DNA of 64,000 nucleotides, taken from contig CAZRJK010000001.1 in NCBI GenBank assembly GCA_964600615.1, positions 28,121-92,120 of the forward strand, written 5' to 3'. Each line of letters starts with the position of its first letter. Position 1 is the stretch's first letter. The position numbers were made by a program, and so were the translations under genes. Source of the DNA: an uncultured Muribaculaceae bacterium. Its GTDB lineage: Bacteria; Bacillota_I; Bacilli_A; RF39; UBA660. Positions 28,796 to 39,096 of this stretch are shown piece by piece. Below the pieces are notes generated by a model. The model was not told the origin of the DNA. It was given only the letters and a program-made list of their open reading frames with translations, and ran no database searches.

Positions 28796-28806
28796 AATGA
28801 TATAAT
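28796..28806 (+). promoter_or_regulatory. Extended -10 promoter (AATGATATAAT)
   Basis: 24 nt before the ATG at 28830. Confidence 0.45.
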
Positions 28807-28829
28807 AAAAAAAATAGGATAGTGATAAT

Positions 28830-30020
28830 ATGAATAACAATTTAAGTATAATTCAAGAAACAGTTAAAAGTTATAATCTAACACCTGAACAATATAATGA
28901 AATAACAGCTAGATATCAAAATGATACCAGGGACATTAATCAATTAAAACAAGATCTAACAAGCACTTGTGATTACTATGCTTTCCAAAATAGACTATTA
29001 TCATCTATCAATAATACAGCTCCACTACCACAAGGAAAAAACTATTACATAACTACTTTTGATCAAAATAGTAATATCATTTTACAACCAGTAAGTATTA
29101 CTATTACAAATCCTGAAACAAATGAAGTATTAGTAGATAATAGTTTTAAAGGCTATCAAAAACATACCGTAGTAGATGACTTAGAAATAGCTATTTGCCA
29201 ATTTGGAAAAGCCCTAGGCTTCGATGTAGTTGAAGAATATAGATTATATAACAATAATAAACAAAAAGATTCAATTGTTATTAAAGACTTAATTAATGAA
29301 GACGAATTCTACGATGTAGATAATTTAAAGAAAAGATTTAACAAATTAATAAATGCAGGTAGAATAAAGAAAGAACCATGGGTAGATATAAGTAATGACT
29401 TAAAAATAGCTAATACCAAAGAAGATTATATAACTACCATTGATTTTGGCCTAAAAATATTAAAAAGCCTACCTAGTATGTTAGAAGAAGACTATCAAAA
29501 AATGGAAGAAAAATACTTTGAAATGCTAATCTATGATAGCCTTATTAATCAAAGCGAAAGAAACTTTAAAGATTATGGAATACTATGTAACAAAGAAACA
29601 AAAAGATATACATTTGCTCCCTTATTTGATAATGTATTCCCAACTATTTTAAAGAATAATGATGTTTTCTCGTTTAATGATATAACTTGTAATAGATATG
29701 AATTAACTGAAAGCTTGCTATATAATTATTATGATAAAGTAAAAGATAAAATTAATTTTATCTTAAACAATGAAGAAAAAATATTACAAACAGCATCTAT
29801 AATATTTAAATATAATGTTGATATAAATACCTACAGCATGCTAATGAACAATATTATTACTAATATTAATAATTATAAAAGAATACTAGCAACCAAAGAA
29901 TTACAAGAAAGAAATCAAGCTAATGCTGGTTTTGTAAATATTGTTCAATTATTAGTAGCGTTATTAGTAATTATAGCCTTCTCCATCTGTATAGCATACT
30001 TACTATATAATATAAAATAA
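28830..30020 (+). CDS. HipA_C-like kinase-fold protein with a C-terminal transmembrane anchor (tentative)
   Basis: DSLINQSERNFKDYGIL...YTFAPLFDN parallels HipA N.DDHLKNFSLL...W.LSPAYD; hydrophobic C-terminus. Confidence 0.3.
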   Translation: MNNNLSIIQETVKSYNLTPEQYNEITARYQNDTRDINQLKQDLTSTCDYYAFQNRLLSSINNTAPLPQGKNYYITTFDQNSNIILQPVSITITNPETNEVLVDNSFKGYQKHTVVDDLEIAICQFGKALGFDVVEEYRLYNNNKQKDSIVIKDLINEDEFYDVDNLKKRFNKLINAGRIKKEPWVDISNDLKIANTKEDYITTIDFGLKILKSLPSMLEEDYQKMEEKYFEMLIYDSLINQSERNFKDYGILCNKETKRYTFAPLFDNVFPTILKNNDVFSFNDITCNRYELTESLLYNYYDKVKDKINFILNNEEKILQTASIIFKYNVDINTYSMLMNNIITNINNYKRILATKELQERNQANAGFVNIVQLLVALLVIIAFSICIAYLLYNIK

Positions 30021-30021
30021 A

Positions 30022-30055
30022 GGATTTTGTAAATAAAACAAAATCCCTTTTTATT
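30022..30055 (+). terminator. Rho-independent terminator
   Basis: ggattttg / caaaatcc stem plus T-run. Confidence 0.6.
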
Positions 30056-30068
30056 TTCATAATAATAA

Positions 30069-30076
30069 TGTATAAT
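30069..30076 (+). promoter_or_regulatory. Extended -10 promoter TGTATAAT
   Basis: 20 nt before the sufB ATG. Confidence 0.4.
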
Positions 30077-30096
30077 AAAGACATCAGGTGATACAC

Positions 30097-31407
30097 ATGA
30101 AATTAACAAGTGATGATATAAAAAATATTTCAACAATTAAAGAAGAACCCTTATGGATGTTAGAATTTAGATTACAAGCTTTCAAACACTTTGAAGAAGC
30201 AGAAGAACCATCTTTTGGGCCTAAATTAAATATTGATTATGATAGTATAAATTATTATAAAAAAAGAGAAGAAGAATTAACTAACGATTGGAATAATATC
30301 TCTTGCGACGTAAGAAATATCTTTGACAATCTAGGCGTAATCAAAGCTGAAAAACAATACTTAGATGGCATGGGAGCCCAATACGATAGCGAAGTAATCT
30401 ATCACAACATGATTAAAGAACTAGAAGATAAAAATATAATCTTCCTAGATACTGATACTGCCCTAAAAAAACATCCCGAAATATTTAAAAAGTATTTTAA
30501 TAAATTAGTAAAATATAATGAAAACAAATTTACTGCCCTAAATGGCGCTGTATGGAGTGGAGGAACATTTATCTATATCCCACCACATACCAAACTAGAT
30601 AGACCCCTACAAAGCTATTTTAGAATTAATAGTAAGAATATGGGTCAATTTGAAAGGACATTAATAATAGTAGATGAAGATAGTGAACTACACTACATAG
30701 AAGGATGTACCGCACCTACCTATACTGAAGACGCCTTACATGCAGCCGTAGTAGAAATATTCGTAGAAAAGAATGCTAAATGTAGATATACCACTATTCA
30801 AAACTGGTCAAGTGATGTCTATAACCTTGTAACCAAAAGATGTATCGTAGAAGAAAATGGACTAATGGAATGGATTGACGGTAATGTTGGATCAAAAACC
30901 AATATGAAATATCCAGCTTGTATTTTGAATGGACCATATGCAAGAGGAACGTGTATTACAGTAGCTGGAGCAGGCAAAGGACAAATTCAAGATACCGGAG
31001 CCAAAATGATCCATTTAGCCCCTTATACCAAAAGTAATATTGTCTCTAAATCTATAGCATCAAACGGAGGAAATGCTACCTACAGAGGAAAAGTATATAT
31101 ATCCAAAAAAGCTGAGAACTCTCTTGCTAGCATAAAATGTGATACAATATTATTAGATAAAGAATCAAAAAGTGATACAATTCCTCAAAATATTGTGGAT
31201 AACAAAACTTCTATTCTAGAACATGAAGCCACAGTAAGTAAAATTAGTGAAGATAAATTATTTTACCTAATGTCTAGAGGATTATCAGAAGAAGCAGCAA
31301 AAGAACTAATAATATTAGGATTTGTAAACGAATTCAGAGAAGAACTACCCATGGAATACGCTGTAGAATTAAATAGATTATTACAAGTAAACATAGGAGG
31401 TGCATAA
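30097..31407 (+). CDS. sufB: Fe-S cluster assembly protein SufB (SufB/SufD family)
   Basis: ORF-track start is GTG, ATG at 30097 with AGGTGA RBS; SufB-like core; no sufC/D/S/U nearby. Confidence 0.75.
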   Translation: MKLTSDDIKNISTIKEEPLWMLEFRLQAFKHFEEAEEPSFGPKLNIDYDSINYYKKREEELTNDWNNISCDVRNIFDNLGVIKAEKQYLDGMGAQYDSEVIYHNMIKELEDKNIIFLDTDTALKKHPEIFKKYFNKLVKYNENKFTALNGAVWSGGTFIYIPPHTKLDRPLQSYFRINSKNMGQFERTLIIVDEDSELHYIEGCTAPTYTEDALHAAVVEIFVEKNAKCRYTTIQNWSSDVYNLVTKRCIVEENGLMEWIDGNVGSKTNMKYPACILNGPYARGTCITVAGAGKGQIQDTGAKMIHLAPYTKSNIVSKSIASNGGNATYRGKVYISKKAENSLASIKCDTILLDKESKSDTIPQNIVDNKTSILEHEATVSKISEDKLFYLMSRGLSEEAAKELIILGFVNEFREELPMEYAVELNRLLQVNIGGA

Positions 31408-31410
31408 TTA

Positions 31411-32685
31411 TTGAAAAAAATATTAATCTTCTTATTACTTATTATTTTAATAGGTGGAGGATATTATATATACAATAATATCTATCTACCCAGCTTAATA
31501 CCCACAATAGAACCAGAAAAAAATAATTCTGCAACCATATCTAAATTATATATTTATGGCACCAATCTAAATCTAGAAGGAAATATAACCAAAATAAATG
31601 CCAAATACACAGATTTAAAATTAGTTCTATTTAGACCAAAAGATGGCAAAGAAAAAGAATATGATATTAACTATAGCAAAAATGTTAATACTGTAAAGTT
31701 TAATATCTCAGATGAAATAAATAATGGTATCTATCTAGATAAAATAAAAGAAGGAGATTATGAATTTTATCTAAAATTCACCTATGAAAAAAATAAAGAA
31801 AAAACTTATAAATATTATTCCTTAAATAATACTACAGATTATAACAAAACAACCTATTACACAACCTCTAAATACAACAAAAAAATAACTATCTCTAAAA
31901 ATGTAAATACCATTACATTAAAAACAAAAGAGAATACAGATAAAGAAATATATGATATTGTAATAGATGCTCAAGCAGGAGGAAAAGATGCTGGAGTAAC
32001 AGGCAATGGCTATAAAGAAAAAGATATAACTATGGAATATGCAAATATATTAAAAGAAAAATTAGAGAAACAAAAAATAAAAGTAAAACTAACTAGAACA
32101 AATGATAGCCTAGGAGATAATGATTATTTTGATGAATATAATGACGGAGGAAGGGCTGTAATAGCAAGAGAAGTAAATGCAAAATATCTATTCTCTTTTG
32201 AATTAAATAAAAATAGCAATAGCAATACCAAAGGATTAGCTATCTATACTGCAACAAATATAAATTATGATTTAGCAACTAAATTAGTAAAAAATATAAC
32301 AGAAAAAACTAATATAACTACTTCAACAAGTTCTTATACTAGAATAGATTATGGAATATACAGTCATAATTTTACTGAAAGAGAAGTAAGCGAAAACATG
32401 TATTATTATGACCAAAGAAAATATAAAAGATATAATGTTACAACCAATTCCAACTATATGTACATGATAAGAGAATCAGGAGGAATAATAACTGGAGCCT
32501 ATGTTGATGATAGTAATCCAGAAAAAGTAGGAGTAAACAAATATTATAAAAGTAACGTTGGAACGGAAGCTTATGTTATTATTTTAGGTTATATCTCTAA
32601 CAAAGAAGATATAGATATAATAGTAAACAAAAAAGATGATTATATTAATGCTATAGCAGATGCCATAATAGAGAAATTAAAATAA
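31411..32685 (+). CDS. N-acetylmuramoyl-L-alanine amidase (Amidase_3 family) with N-terminal transmembrane helix
   Basis: TTG start with AGGAGG RBS; IVIDAQAGGKDAGVTG...KEKDITMEYA...VKLTRTNDS Amidase_3 motifs. Confidence 0.7.
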   Translation: MKKILIFLLLIILIGGGYYIYNNIYLPSLIPTIEPEKNNSATISKLYIYGTNLNLEGNITKINAKYTDLKLVLFRPKDGKEKEYDINYSKNVNTVKFNISDEINNGIYLDKIKEGDYEFYLKFTYEKNKEKTYKYYSLNNTTDYNKTTYYTTSKYNKKITISKNVNTITLKTKENTDKEIYDIVIDAQAGGKDAGVTGNGYKEKDITMEYANILKEKLEKQKIKVKLTRTNDSLGDNDYFDEYNDGGRAVIAREVNAKYLFSFELNKNSNSNTKGLAIYTATNINYDLATKLVKNITEKTNITTSTSSYTRIDYGIYSHNFTEREVSENMYYYDQRKYKRYNVTTNSNYMYMIRESGGIITGAYVDDSNPEKVGVNKYYKSNVGTEAYVIILGYISNKEDIDIIVNKKDDYINAIADAIIEKLK

Positions 32686-32699
32686 TTTCTCTTTTTTTT
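32671..32699 (+). terminator. Rho-independent terminator
   Basis: gagaaatt / aatttctc stem plus T8; the stop codon lies in the loop. Confidence 0.6.
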
Positions 32700-32925
32700 G
32701 TCAAATTTATGTAAAATAAAAATTTTACAACTCAAAAAACTATAACTTAAAAACACATCCAAAAAATTAAATTAGAAAGAAATCTATTATCAAAACCTAT
32801 ACTATTGAATAATTAACTAAATATTATCAAAAAAACAGTTAAAATAATTAAATAAAAATATCTCTATTGTCATTTTATTTTAAAAAAATAATATGATATA
32901 TTGCCTTCCGAAGGGAGGAAAAAAT

Positions 32926-33288
32926 ATGTTAAATCAAATAGTTTTGGTTGGTAGATTAGTGAAAACACCAGAATTAAGAGTTACAGAAAACGGCAAAAAA
33001 ACAAGTACTATAACTTTAGCCGTACCAAGAAATTACAAAAATATCAATGGAGAATATGAAACAGATTTCTTAGACTGCACTCTTTGGACAAATGTAGCTG
33101 AAAATACAACAGAATATTGCCAAGCAGGAGATATGATTGGAGTAAAAGGTAGAGTTCAAAGTAGAATTATTACTCAAGATGATGGAACTAAAAAGAAAAA
33201 AACAGAAATTGTAGCCGAAAAGGTAACATTTTTAGCTCAAGCACCAAAAAAAGAAGAAAAAAATAAAAACAAAAAGGAAGAAAAATAA
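32926..33288 (+). CDS. ssb: Single-stranded DNA-binding protein lacking the acidic C-terminal tip
   Basis: MLNQIVLVGRLVKTPELRVTENGKK OB-fold start; RBS AAGGGAGG; C-terminus KKEEKNKNKKEEK rather than D/E-rich ...DDDIPF. Confidence 0.8.
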   Translation: MLNQIVLVGRLVKTPELRVTENGKKTSTITLAVPRNYKNINGEYETDFLDCTLWTNVAENTTEYCQAGDMIGVKGRVQSRIITQDDGTKKKKTEIVAEKVTFLAQAPKKEEKNKNKKEEK

Positions 33289-33464
33289 TTTAAATTTTAC
33301 TAATAAGTTAAAAAAAGGATTATTATGCAGAAATAATAGTCTTTTTTTATTAACCCAAAATTAACCCGAAATTTCCCATAAACTATTAATTAATAAAGGA
33401 AAAAAACAAGAAAAAATATGTTACTATAAATAAGAATAATAGAAAATAGTTGAAGGGTGGAATT

Positions 33465-35579
33465 ATGGAAATAAATAAAGTAATAGAAGAAGATAATTTA
33501 ATAAAAATTACTGAAGAAAATTTAAGAGAATATGCTGATCAATTACAATTTGATACTCTAACCCAAGAATGTATTGCAGAAGATTTATGTAAATCCTATA
33601 ATATTTCAAAAAGTGATTTATTTATATTAATTCATGAATTAAAAAGAAGAGGAAATAACATTGTTACCTTAGAAACAACAGACCTAAGAGATAATAAATA
33701 CACTGATATTGAAAAATCCCAAATAACACTAATTAGAAACTTTGGTCATGAAAAATTAATAAATGATTTATCATATAACATAGTAAATAATAAAGATAAA
33801 ATAAAAATACTTCTAGTATCTGATCCAAGATTTGGTAGTATTTATCAACAATTAACTATTTATAATGATTTAATGATAAAAGCAAAAAAACTAGGAGTAG
33901 AATATGTTTTCTTAAATGGAGATGTAGTAGAAGGAATATATACGGGAGCCAAAAGCATATATAACACTACATTATATAAATATGGCTATGAAGATCAAGC
34001 AGAATGTGTAGCCGCTCTCTATCCACGAGTAGAAGGAATAACTACATTTTTCGTAACAGGAGAACACGATCTATCATTCTTAAAAACTAAAGAAAAAATA
34101 GATATTGGAAGACTAATTTCTAAAAAAAGAGAAGACATGATATATCTAGGCCCACGCAGAAAAAAAGTATCTTTTATCTGTGATGACAATAGAACAGGTA
34201 GTATAACATTATATCTACAACATGCTACAGGAAGTGTTCCTTATACTGTATCTTACATCCCACAACGCATAATAGCTTCTATGAGAAATGAAGATAAAAC
34301 TGATGTCTCAGTAATAAGTCACTTCGCAGCCTGTGACTCTTTCTTAAGAAGAGGAGTAAGATCTTATCAAGTACCAACTGTAGTAGCTACTACTGATGAG
34401 ATGAAAGATGCCAAAACTCCAGTATATAATACTATAGGTGGCTGGGTAGTAACCCTAGAAAGAGATAAAAAAGGCAATTTAAAAAATACAAGCCAAATAT
34501 GGATTCCTTACTATAATGTTATTAAAGATGACTATAAAACTGCCAAAACCCTATACATATCTGATAACCAAAGAGTATTCATCCCTAAAACAAAAATAAA
34601 AGATGAAATAAGCAAAAAATTCTCTACAATAAAAAATGGAGAAAGCCTAGAAGAAACATTAAAAAAACTTAATACAACAGAATTTGGCTTTGGTGGTATA
34701 TTAGAAGAATTAAAAGCAAGAGGATATGATGTATCAGTTGTTGAAAAAGATGGCCAAAAAATAGTAGCCAAAAAGAAATATAAAAAGCCAGGTAAAATAA
34801 AACCAAAAATTTCAGAATTAACCCAAATAAAAGAAACCTGGATATCAGATACCCACTTATGTAATGAAGCCCAACAACTACATATGCTATACGAAGTATA
34901 TGAAGAAACAGCTAGAAGAAACATAGACACTGTCCTAGTCTTTGGAGATATTACAGATGGTGATTACATGAATAGACCAGAACACAGATATGAATTATTC
35001 AAACTAGGAGCCAAAAGACAAGCTAATTATACAGCAGATGTTTGGCCAGAAATAGACGGCGTTAAAACCAAAATAATTGGTGGTAATCATGATGAAACAC
35101 ACGAAAAAAATGGTGGAATAGAAATAGGAGAATTAATTGCCGCCAAAAGAAGTGATATAGAATATTTAGGAAGTACCAAAGCAATTTACCACCCTGAAGA
35201 AAGCCCTAAAACAACAATAGAAATGTATCATTCAGGTGGTGGCTGTGCTTCTAGTTTATCATATAGACCACAAAAATATATTGATAAAATGGAACCAGGA
35301 AATAAACCTAATATAGGTGGTATGGGGCATTTCCATCAAAGTGAATTTTTAGCATATAGAAATGTAATAGAAATATTATTACCATGTCTAACATCAAAAA
35401 GTCCTTTTGCCATAAGACAAGGATTAGAAAATACCATGGGAGCATACTTTATAAATATGTATGTTAATTCTGATGGAGAAATAGAAATGCTTGAATTTGA
35501 AGAAAAAAGATTCACTCAACAAGATGTCAAAAAAGAAGATCACACAAAAGTAAAGAAACTAGTATTAAAAAGAGAGTAA
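33465..35579 (+). CDS. wHTH-like N-terminus plus two tandem calcineurin-like metallophosphoesterase domains (first degenerate)
   Basis: ORF-track start is TTG, ATG at 33465. Domain 1: DPRFG / GDVVEG / GEHD. Domain 2: SDTHL / GDITDGD / GGNHDETH / GHFHQ. Confidence 0.5.
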   Translation: MEINKVIEEDNLIKITEENLREYADQLQFDTLTQECIAEDLCKSYNISKSDLFILIHELKRRGNNIVTLETTDLRDNKYTDIEKSQITLIRNFGHEKLINDLSYNIVNNKDKIKILLVSDPRFGSIYQQLTIYNDLMIKAKKLGVEYVFLNGDVVEGIYTGAKSIYNTTLYKYGYEDQAECVAALYPRVEGITTFFVTGEHDLSFLKTKEKIDIGRLISKKREDMIYLGPRRKKVSFICDDNRTGSITLYLQHATGSVPYTVSYIPQRIIASMRNEDKTDVSVISHFAACDSFLRRGVRSYQVPTVVATTDEMKDAKTPVYNTIGGWVVTLERDKKGNLKNTSQIWIPYYNVIKDDYKTAKTLYISDNQRVFIPKTKIKDEISKKFSTIKNGESLEETLKKLNTTEFGFGGILEELKARGYDVSVVEKDGQKIVAKKKYKKPGKIKPKISELTQIKETWISDTHLCNEAQQLHMLYEVYEETARRNIDTVLVFGDITDGDYMNRPEHRYELFKLGAKRQANYTADVWPEIDGVKTKIIGGNHDETHEKNGGIEIGELIAAKRSDIEYLGSTKAIYHPEESPKTTIEMYHSGGGCASSLSYRPQKYIDKMEPGNKPNIGGMGHFHQSEFLAYRNVIEILLPCLTSKSPFAIRQGLENTMGAYFINMYVNSDGEIEMLEFEEKRFTQQDVKKEDHTKVKKLVLKRE

Positions 35580-35653
35580 ATACTCTTTTTTTTATTAAAA
35601 TAAATTGTCAAAAAAAACAATATATGCTAGACTTATAATGAATAGGTGATAGT

Positions 35654-36835
35654 ATGAAAAAGAAAAAAATTGAAGAAGAATCTACAAAATATAAAGTATT
35701 AAGTGCCATATATTATCAAATGCTAGGCTTTATATTTTGTTTAATGTTATTGTATGCCCTAACAGGTGGAAAAAATTATATTAGATTATATAAAGAATTA
35801 AACAAAGTAATAGATACATATGATACCCTAACAAAAGATTATTATGGCAAAATAGACAAAAAAGAATTATCTGAAATTGCTGTAAATTCCATGTTAGAAA
35901 GTACCAAAGATATCTATACTAACTATAATAACGAAGCAGAAGCAGAAACTTTCTTTGAAAATGTTGAAGGACATTATGAAGGAATAGGTATCTCTGTAAA
36001 AACAGATAAAGATGGGAAAATAATAGTAGTTCAAGTCTTTGATAACAGTCCCGCCAAAAAAGCCGGATTAAAAGAAAATGATATTATTACTAAAATAGAT
36101 GATATTGATTTAAAAGATAAAAATAGTAATGATCTATCAAAATATATAAAAGAAAATAAAAACAAAAAAATAAAATTAACCATAATTAGAATAGATACAG
36201 AACTAGACATAACCATATCAACAGATCAAGTAACAATGCCAACAGTTTCAAGCAAGATAATAGATGAAGAAAATAAAATAGGATATATAGATATAAGTGT
36301 TTTTTCCACAGTTACCGAAAATCAATTTAAAACAGAATTAGAAAAACTAGAAAAGAAAAAAATAAAAGGATTAATTATTGACGTAAGAAATAATAGTGGA
36401 GGCTATCTTAACATAGTAACAAGTATCACAAGTCTTTTCCTAGAAAAAGGGAAAGTAATATATCAATTACAAGATGATTCTGGAACAACAAAAATAAAAG
36501 ATAAAACAAAAGAAAAAAGAACTTATCCCGTTGCTGTAATAACAAATAGAGCTAGTGCCTCCGCTTCAGAAATACTAGCCGGAGCCTTAAAAGAAAGTTA
36601 TGGAGCCATATTAGTTGGAACAAATACTTATGGCAAAGGAACTGTCCAAAAAACAAAAAAATTACAAGATGGTAGTATGATAAAATATACTATTCAAAAA
36701 TGGCTAACTCCCAAAGGAAACTGGGTAGATGAAGTAGGAGTAGCACCTACAGAATACCTTGAATATGATAACTCTAAAGGAACAGACAATCAATTAGATA
36801 AAGCAATCTCTCTATTACAGGAAAATATTAAATAA
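35654..36835 (+). CDS. ctpA: C-terminal processing peptidase S41 (CtpA) with PDZ domain
   Basis: PDZ GIGISVKTDKDGKIIVVQVFDNSPAKKAGL; S41 motifs DVRNNSGGYL and TNRASASASEILAGAL. Confidence 0.85.
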   Translation: MKKKKIEEESTKYKVLSAIYYQMLGFIFCLMLLYALTGGKNYIRLYKELNKVIDTYDTLTKDYYGKIDKKELSEIAVNSMLESTKDIYTNYNNEAEAETFFENVEGHYEGIGISVKTDKDGKIIVVQVFDNSPAKKAGLKENDIITKIDDIDLKDKNSNDLSKYIKENKNKKIKLTIIRIDTELDITISTDQVTMPTVSSKIIDEENKIGYIDISVFSTVTENQFKTELEKLEKKKIKGLIIDVRNNSGGYLNIVTSITSLFLEKGKVIYQLQDDSGTTKIKDKTKEKRTYPVAVITNRASASASEILAGALKESYGAILVGTNTYGKGTVQKTKKLQDGSMIKYTIQKWLTPKGNWVDEVGVAPTEYLEYDNSKGTDNQLDKAISLLQENIK

Positions 36836-36899
36836 TTATTTTCAAAAAAATAAAAATGTAGTATCATATTACTTAATTTTTTAGGAGGAGTAAGAATAT

Positions 36900-37622
36900 A
36901 TGTTAAGATTCGTTATATGTGAAGATAATAAACAGTTCCAAGATAAAATATCTACAATTATAAATAAAACTATGATGCCATATAATTTTGAGTATAAAAT
37001 AAGTAAATTTACAGAATATAATGAAGAATTATCAAAAATAATAAAAGACAAAAATGAAAGTAAAGTATATATTTTAGATATTGAATTACCAGAAATATCT
37101 GGATTAGAAATAGCATCAGAAATAAGAGAAGAAGATTTAGAAAGTACAATAATATTTCTAACAATTCATCCAGAATTTCAAAATGATATCTTCTACTCAA
37201 GATTATTAGCGGTAGATTACATTAATAAAGATAAATTATGGCAACAAAGACTTGAAGAGACAATTACATATACAATAAAATCATTAGATAAAAAAAGAAT
37301 TTTATCATTTGAATTTAATTATAATTCATACAGATTACCAATAAACAAAATACTATATATTGAAAAAGTTCAAGATAATCCCAAATGCAAAATAGTGATG
37401 GAAGACGGGAGTACCTACGAAATCAATCAAACAATAACTAACCTAGTAAAAACATTAGGTCCAAGTTTCTATCAATCACATAAATCATGTATTGTAAATA
37501 TAGAACAAATCAAAAAGATTAATTATGCAGATAGTACCATAACATTCAATAACAACCAAACAGTATACCTACTATCAAGTAGAAACAAGAAAGGCATAAG
37601 AGAATATGTGGCAAATTATTAA
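36900..37622 (+). CDS. agrA: LytTR-family response regulator (AgrA-like)
   Basis: Receiver domain with phospho-acceptor Asp in YILDIELPE; C-terminal LytTR DNA-binding domain. Confidence 0.8.
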   Translation: MLRFVICEDNKQFQDKISTIINKTMMPYNFEYKISKFTEYNEELSKIIKDKNESKVYILDIELPEISGLEIASEIREEDLESTIIFLTIHPEFQNDIFYSRLLAVDYINKDKLWQQRLEETITYTIKSLDKKRILSFEFNYNSYRLPINKILYIEKVQDNPKCKIVMEDGSTYEINQTITNLVKTLGPSFYQSHKSCIVNIEQIKKINYADSTITFNNNQTVYLLSSRNKKGIREYVANY

Positions 37623-38916
37623 AGAAATAATATGCTTATCCATAGCAGTAACTGGAACATTCTTGTTTGGTAGAATTGTTCTAAACAAAAAAATTCAAAT
37701 AGATAAAAAAAGATTTGCTATATTATTCACCATAACAATATTATCTCATGCTTTGTTATCTTTATATTTAGAAGGGTTTATAAAAACATTGTTGATGGGT
37801 ATAATTGAAGTATATTTTTATATAATAGTATTTCAAATTAATAAGAAAAAATCAATATTGCTGACAATAACTTATATGATGGTTTTAATAATACCTGACT
37901 TATTAGAACTATTCTTTGTAACTAAAATACTAAAAATGGACAAAAACTTTTTATACAATACATACGCCGGAGGAATATTATCAAATATAATAGTATTAGT
38001 CTTGTTTGTAATAATTACAACATTACTAAGAAATCATTTAAGGAGAATTATCAACTCAAAAATAAGCAACAATGTAAAAATAATTATATTATCTCTTGCA
38101 ACAATTATATGTACTTTAATGTTTTTCTACACACTAATAAAAGAATTTAGATTTAGTAATAATATCCTTATGTATCTAATTGCCATAATAGTATTTGTTT
38201 CAATATTATTTTCATTAGTTAAACAAACTATTACAAACAATAAATTAATTAATGAATACGACAAATTACTAGAATTTATGACAACATATGAAAATGAAAT
38301 TGAAAAACAAAGAATTCAAAGACATGAAGCAAAAAATGAATTTTTAACAATAAAAGCAAAAATCCAAGATAAACAAAAGAATAAAGAAATAATAGATTAT
38401 ATAGATGAAATATTAACCGAAAAAATCGAAGTAAAACAAGAGGAATATGCTAAGTTTGGATATCTCCCACCCAACGGAATTAAAGGATTATGCTATTTAA
38501 AAATCCAACAAGCTCAAGATAAAGGATTAAACACAAGTATTAGTATTTCTAAAAGAATTAAAAATTCTAGTATATATAAATTAGATATTAAGGAACAAAG
38601 AAATCTTGGTAAAATATTAGGAGTAATTCTAGATAATGCCATTGAGGCATCTCTTGAATCAAAAGAAAAAATAATAGGGATAGAAGCTTATTTAATTAAA
38701 GAAGATTGTCAAATAATTATTTCTAATTCTTATACTAAAGAAAATTTAAATAAATTAAGTAAGAATAGATTATCCACAAAGGAAAAAAATAGGGGACATG
38801 GCTTGTTACTAGTGAAAACGATTATTAATAATAATAAAATATTTGAACTACATACAGATATAACAAATGAATTGTATATTCAAAAAATAACTATAAAAAA
38901 ACTTAATTCAAATTAA
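37606..38916 (+). CDS. agrC: AgrC-like (HPK10) sensor histidine kinase
   Basis: 6-7 N-terminal transmembrane helices, H-box RHEAKNEF, C-terminal GHKL ATPase with NRGHGLLLV. Confidence 0.8.
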   Translation: MWQIIKEIICLSIAVTGTFLFGRIVLNKKIQIDKKRFAILFTITILSHALLSLYLEGFIKTLLMGIIEVYFYIIVFQINKKKSILLTITYMMVLIIPDLLELFFVTKILKMDKNFLYNTYAGGILSNIIVLVLFVIITTLLRNHLRRIINSKISNNVKIIILSLATIICTLMFFYTLIKEFRFSNNILMYLIAIIVFVSILFSLVKQTITNNKLINEYDKLLEFMTTYENEIEKQRIQRHEAKNEFLTIKAKIQDKQKNKEIIDYIDEILTEKIEVKQEEYAKFGYLPPNGIKGLCYLKIQQAQDKGLNTSISISKRIKNSSIYKLDIKEQRNLGKILGVILDNAIEASLESKEKIIGIEAYLIKEDCQIIISNSYTKENLNKLSKNRLSTKEKNRGHGLLLVKTIINNNKIFELHTDITNELYIQKITIKKLNSN

Positions 38917-38931
38917 TGAATTAAGTTTTTC
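38894..38931. terminator. Bidirectional terminator between convergent agrC and agrD
   Basis: cttaattca aattaa tgaattaag perfect 9-bp inverted repeat flanked by an A-run and a T-run. Confidence 0.6.
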
Positions 38932-38932
38932 T

Positions 38933-39055
38933 TTATCTTTCAATTATACTTTTTGGAGCTTTTGGTTCATCCATAAATAAAATTGAACATCCTTGAGTAC
39001 TAGCAACAGCAGAACCCATACCTAAAGCAGCTAAAATATCAGCAAAAAATTTCAT
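38933..39055 (-). CDS. agrD: AgrD autoinducing-peptide precursor (40 aa)
   Basis: Hand translation MKFFADILAALGMGSAVASTQGCSILFMDEPKAPKSIIER: amphipathic leader, single Cys followed by a hydrophobic pentad, acidic/Pro-rich tail. GGAGGT RBS 7 nt upstream; immediately downstream of agrB; absent from the ORF track. Confidence 0.75.
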   Translation of the reverse strand: MKFFADILAALGMGSAVASTQGCSILFMDEPKAPKSIIER

Positions 39056-39096
39056 TTTCATACCTCCTTTTATTCTTTTTTTATATTAATTAAAAA

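Noticed and set aside
32893-32925. N-terminal extension MIYCLPKGGKN of ssb
   Set aside because: No RBS. The ATG at 32926 is preceded by AAGGGAGG and begins the canonical SSB N-terminus.
33289-33450. Possible terminator or small RNA in the AT-rich spacer after ssb
   Set aside because: Only AT-only 5-bp stems are present, indistinguishable from background.
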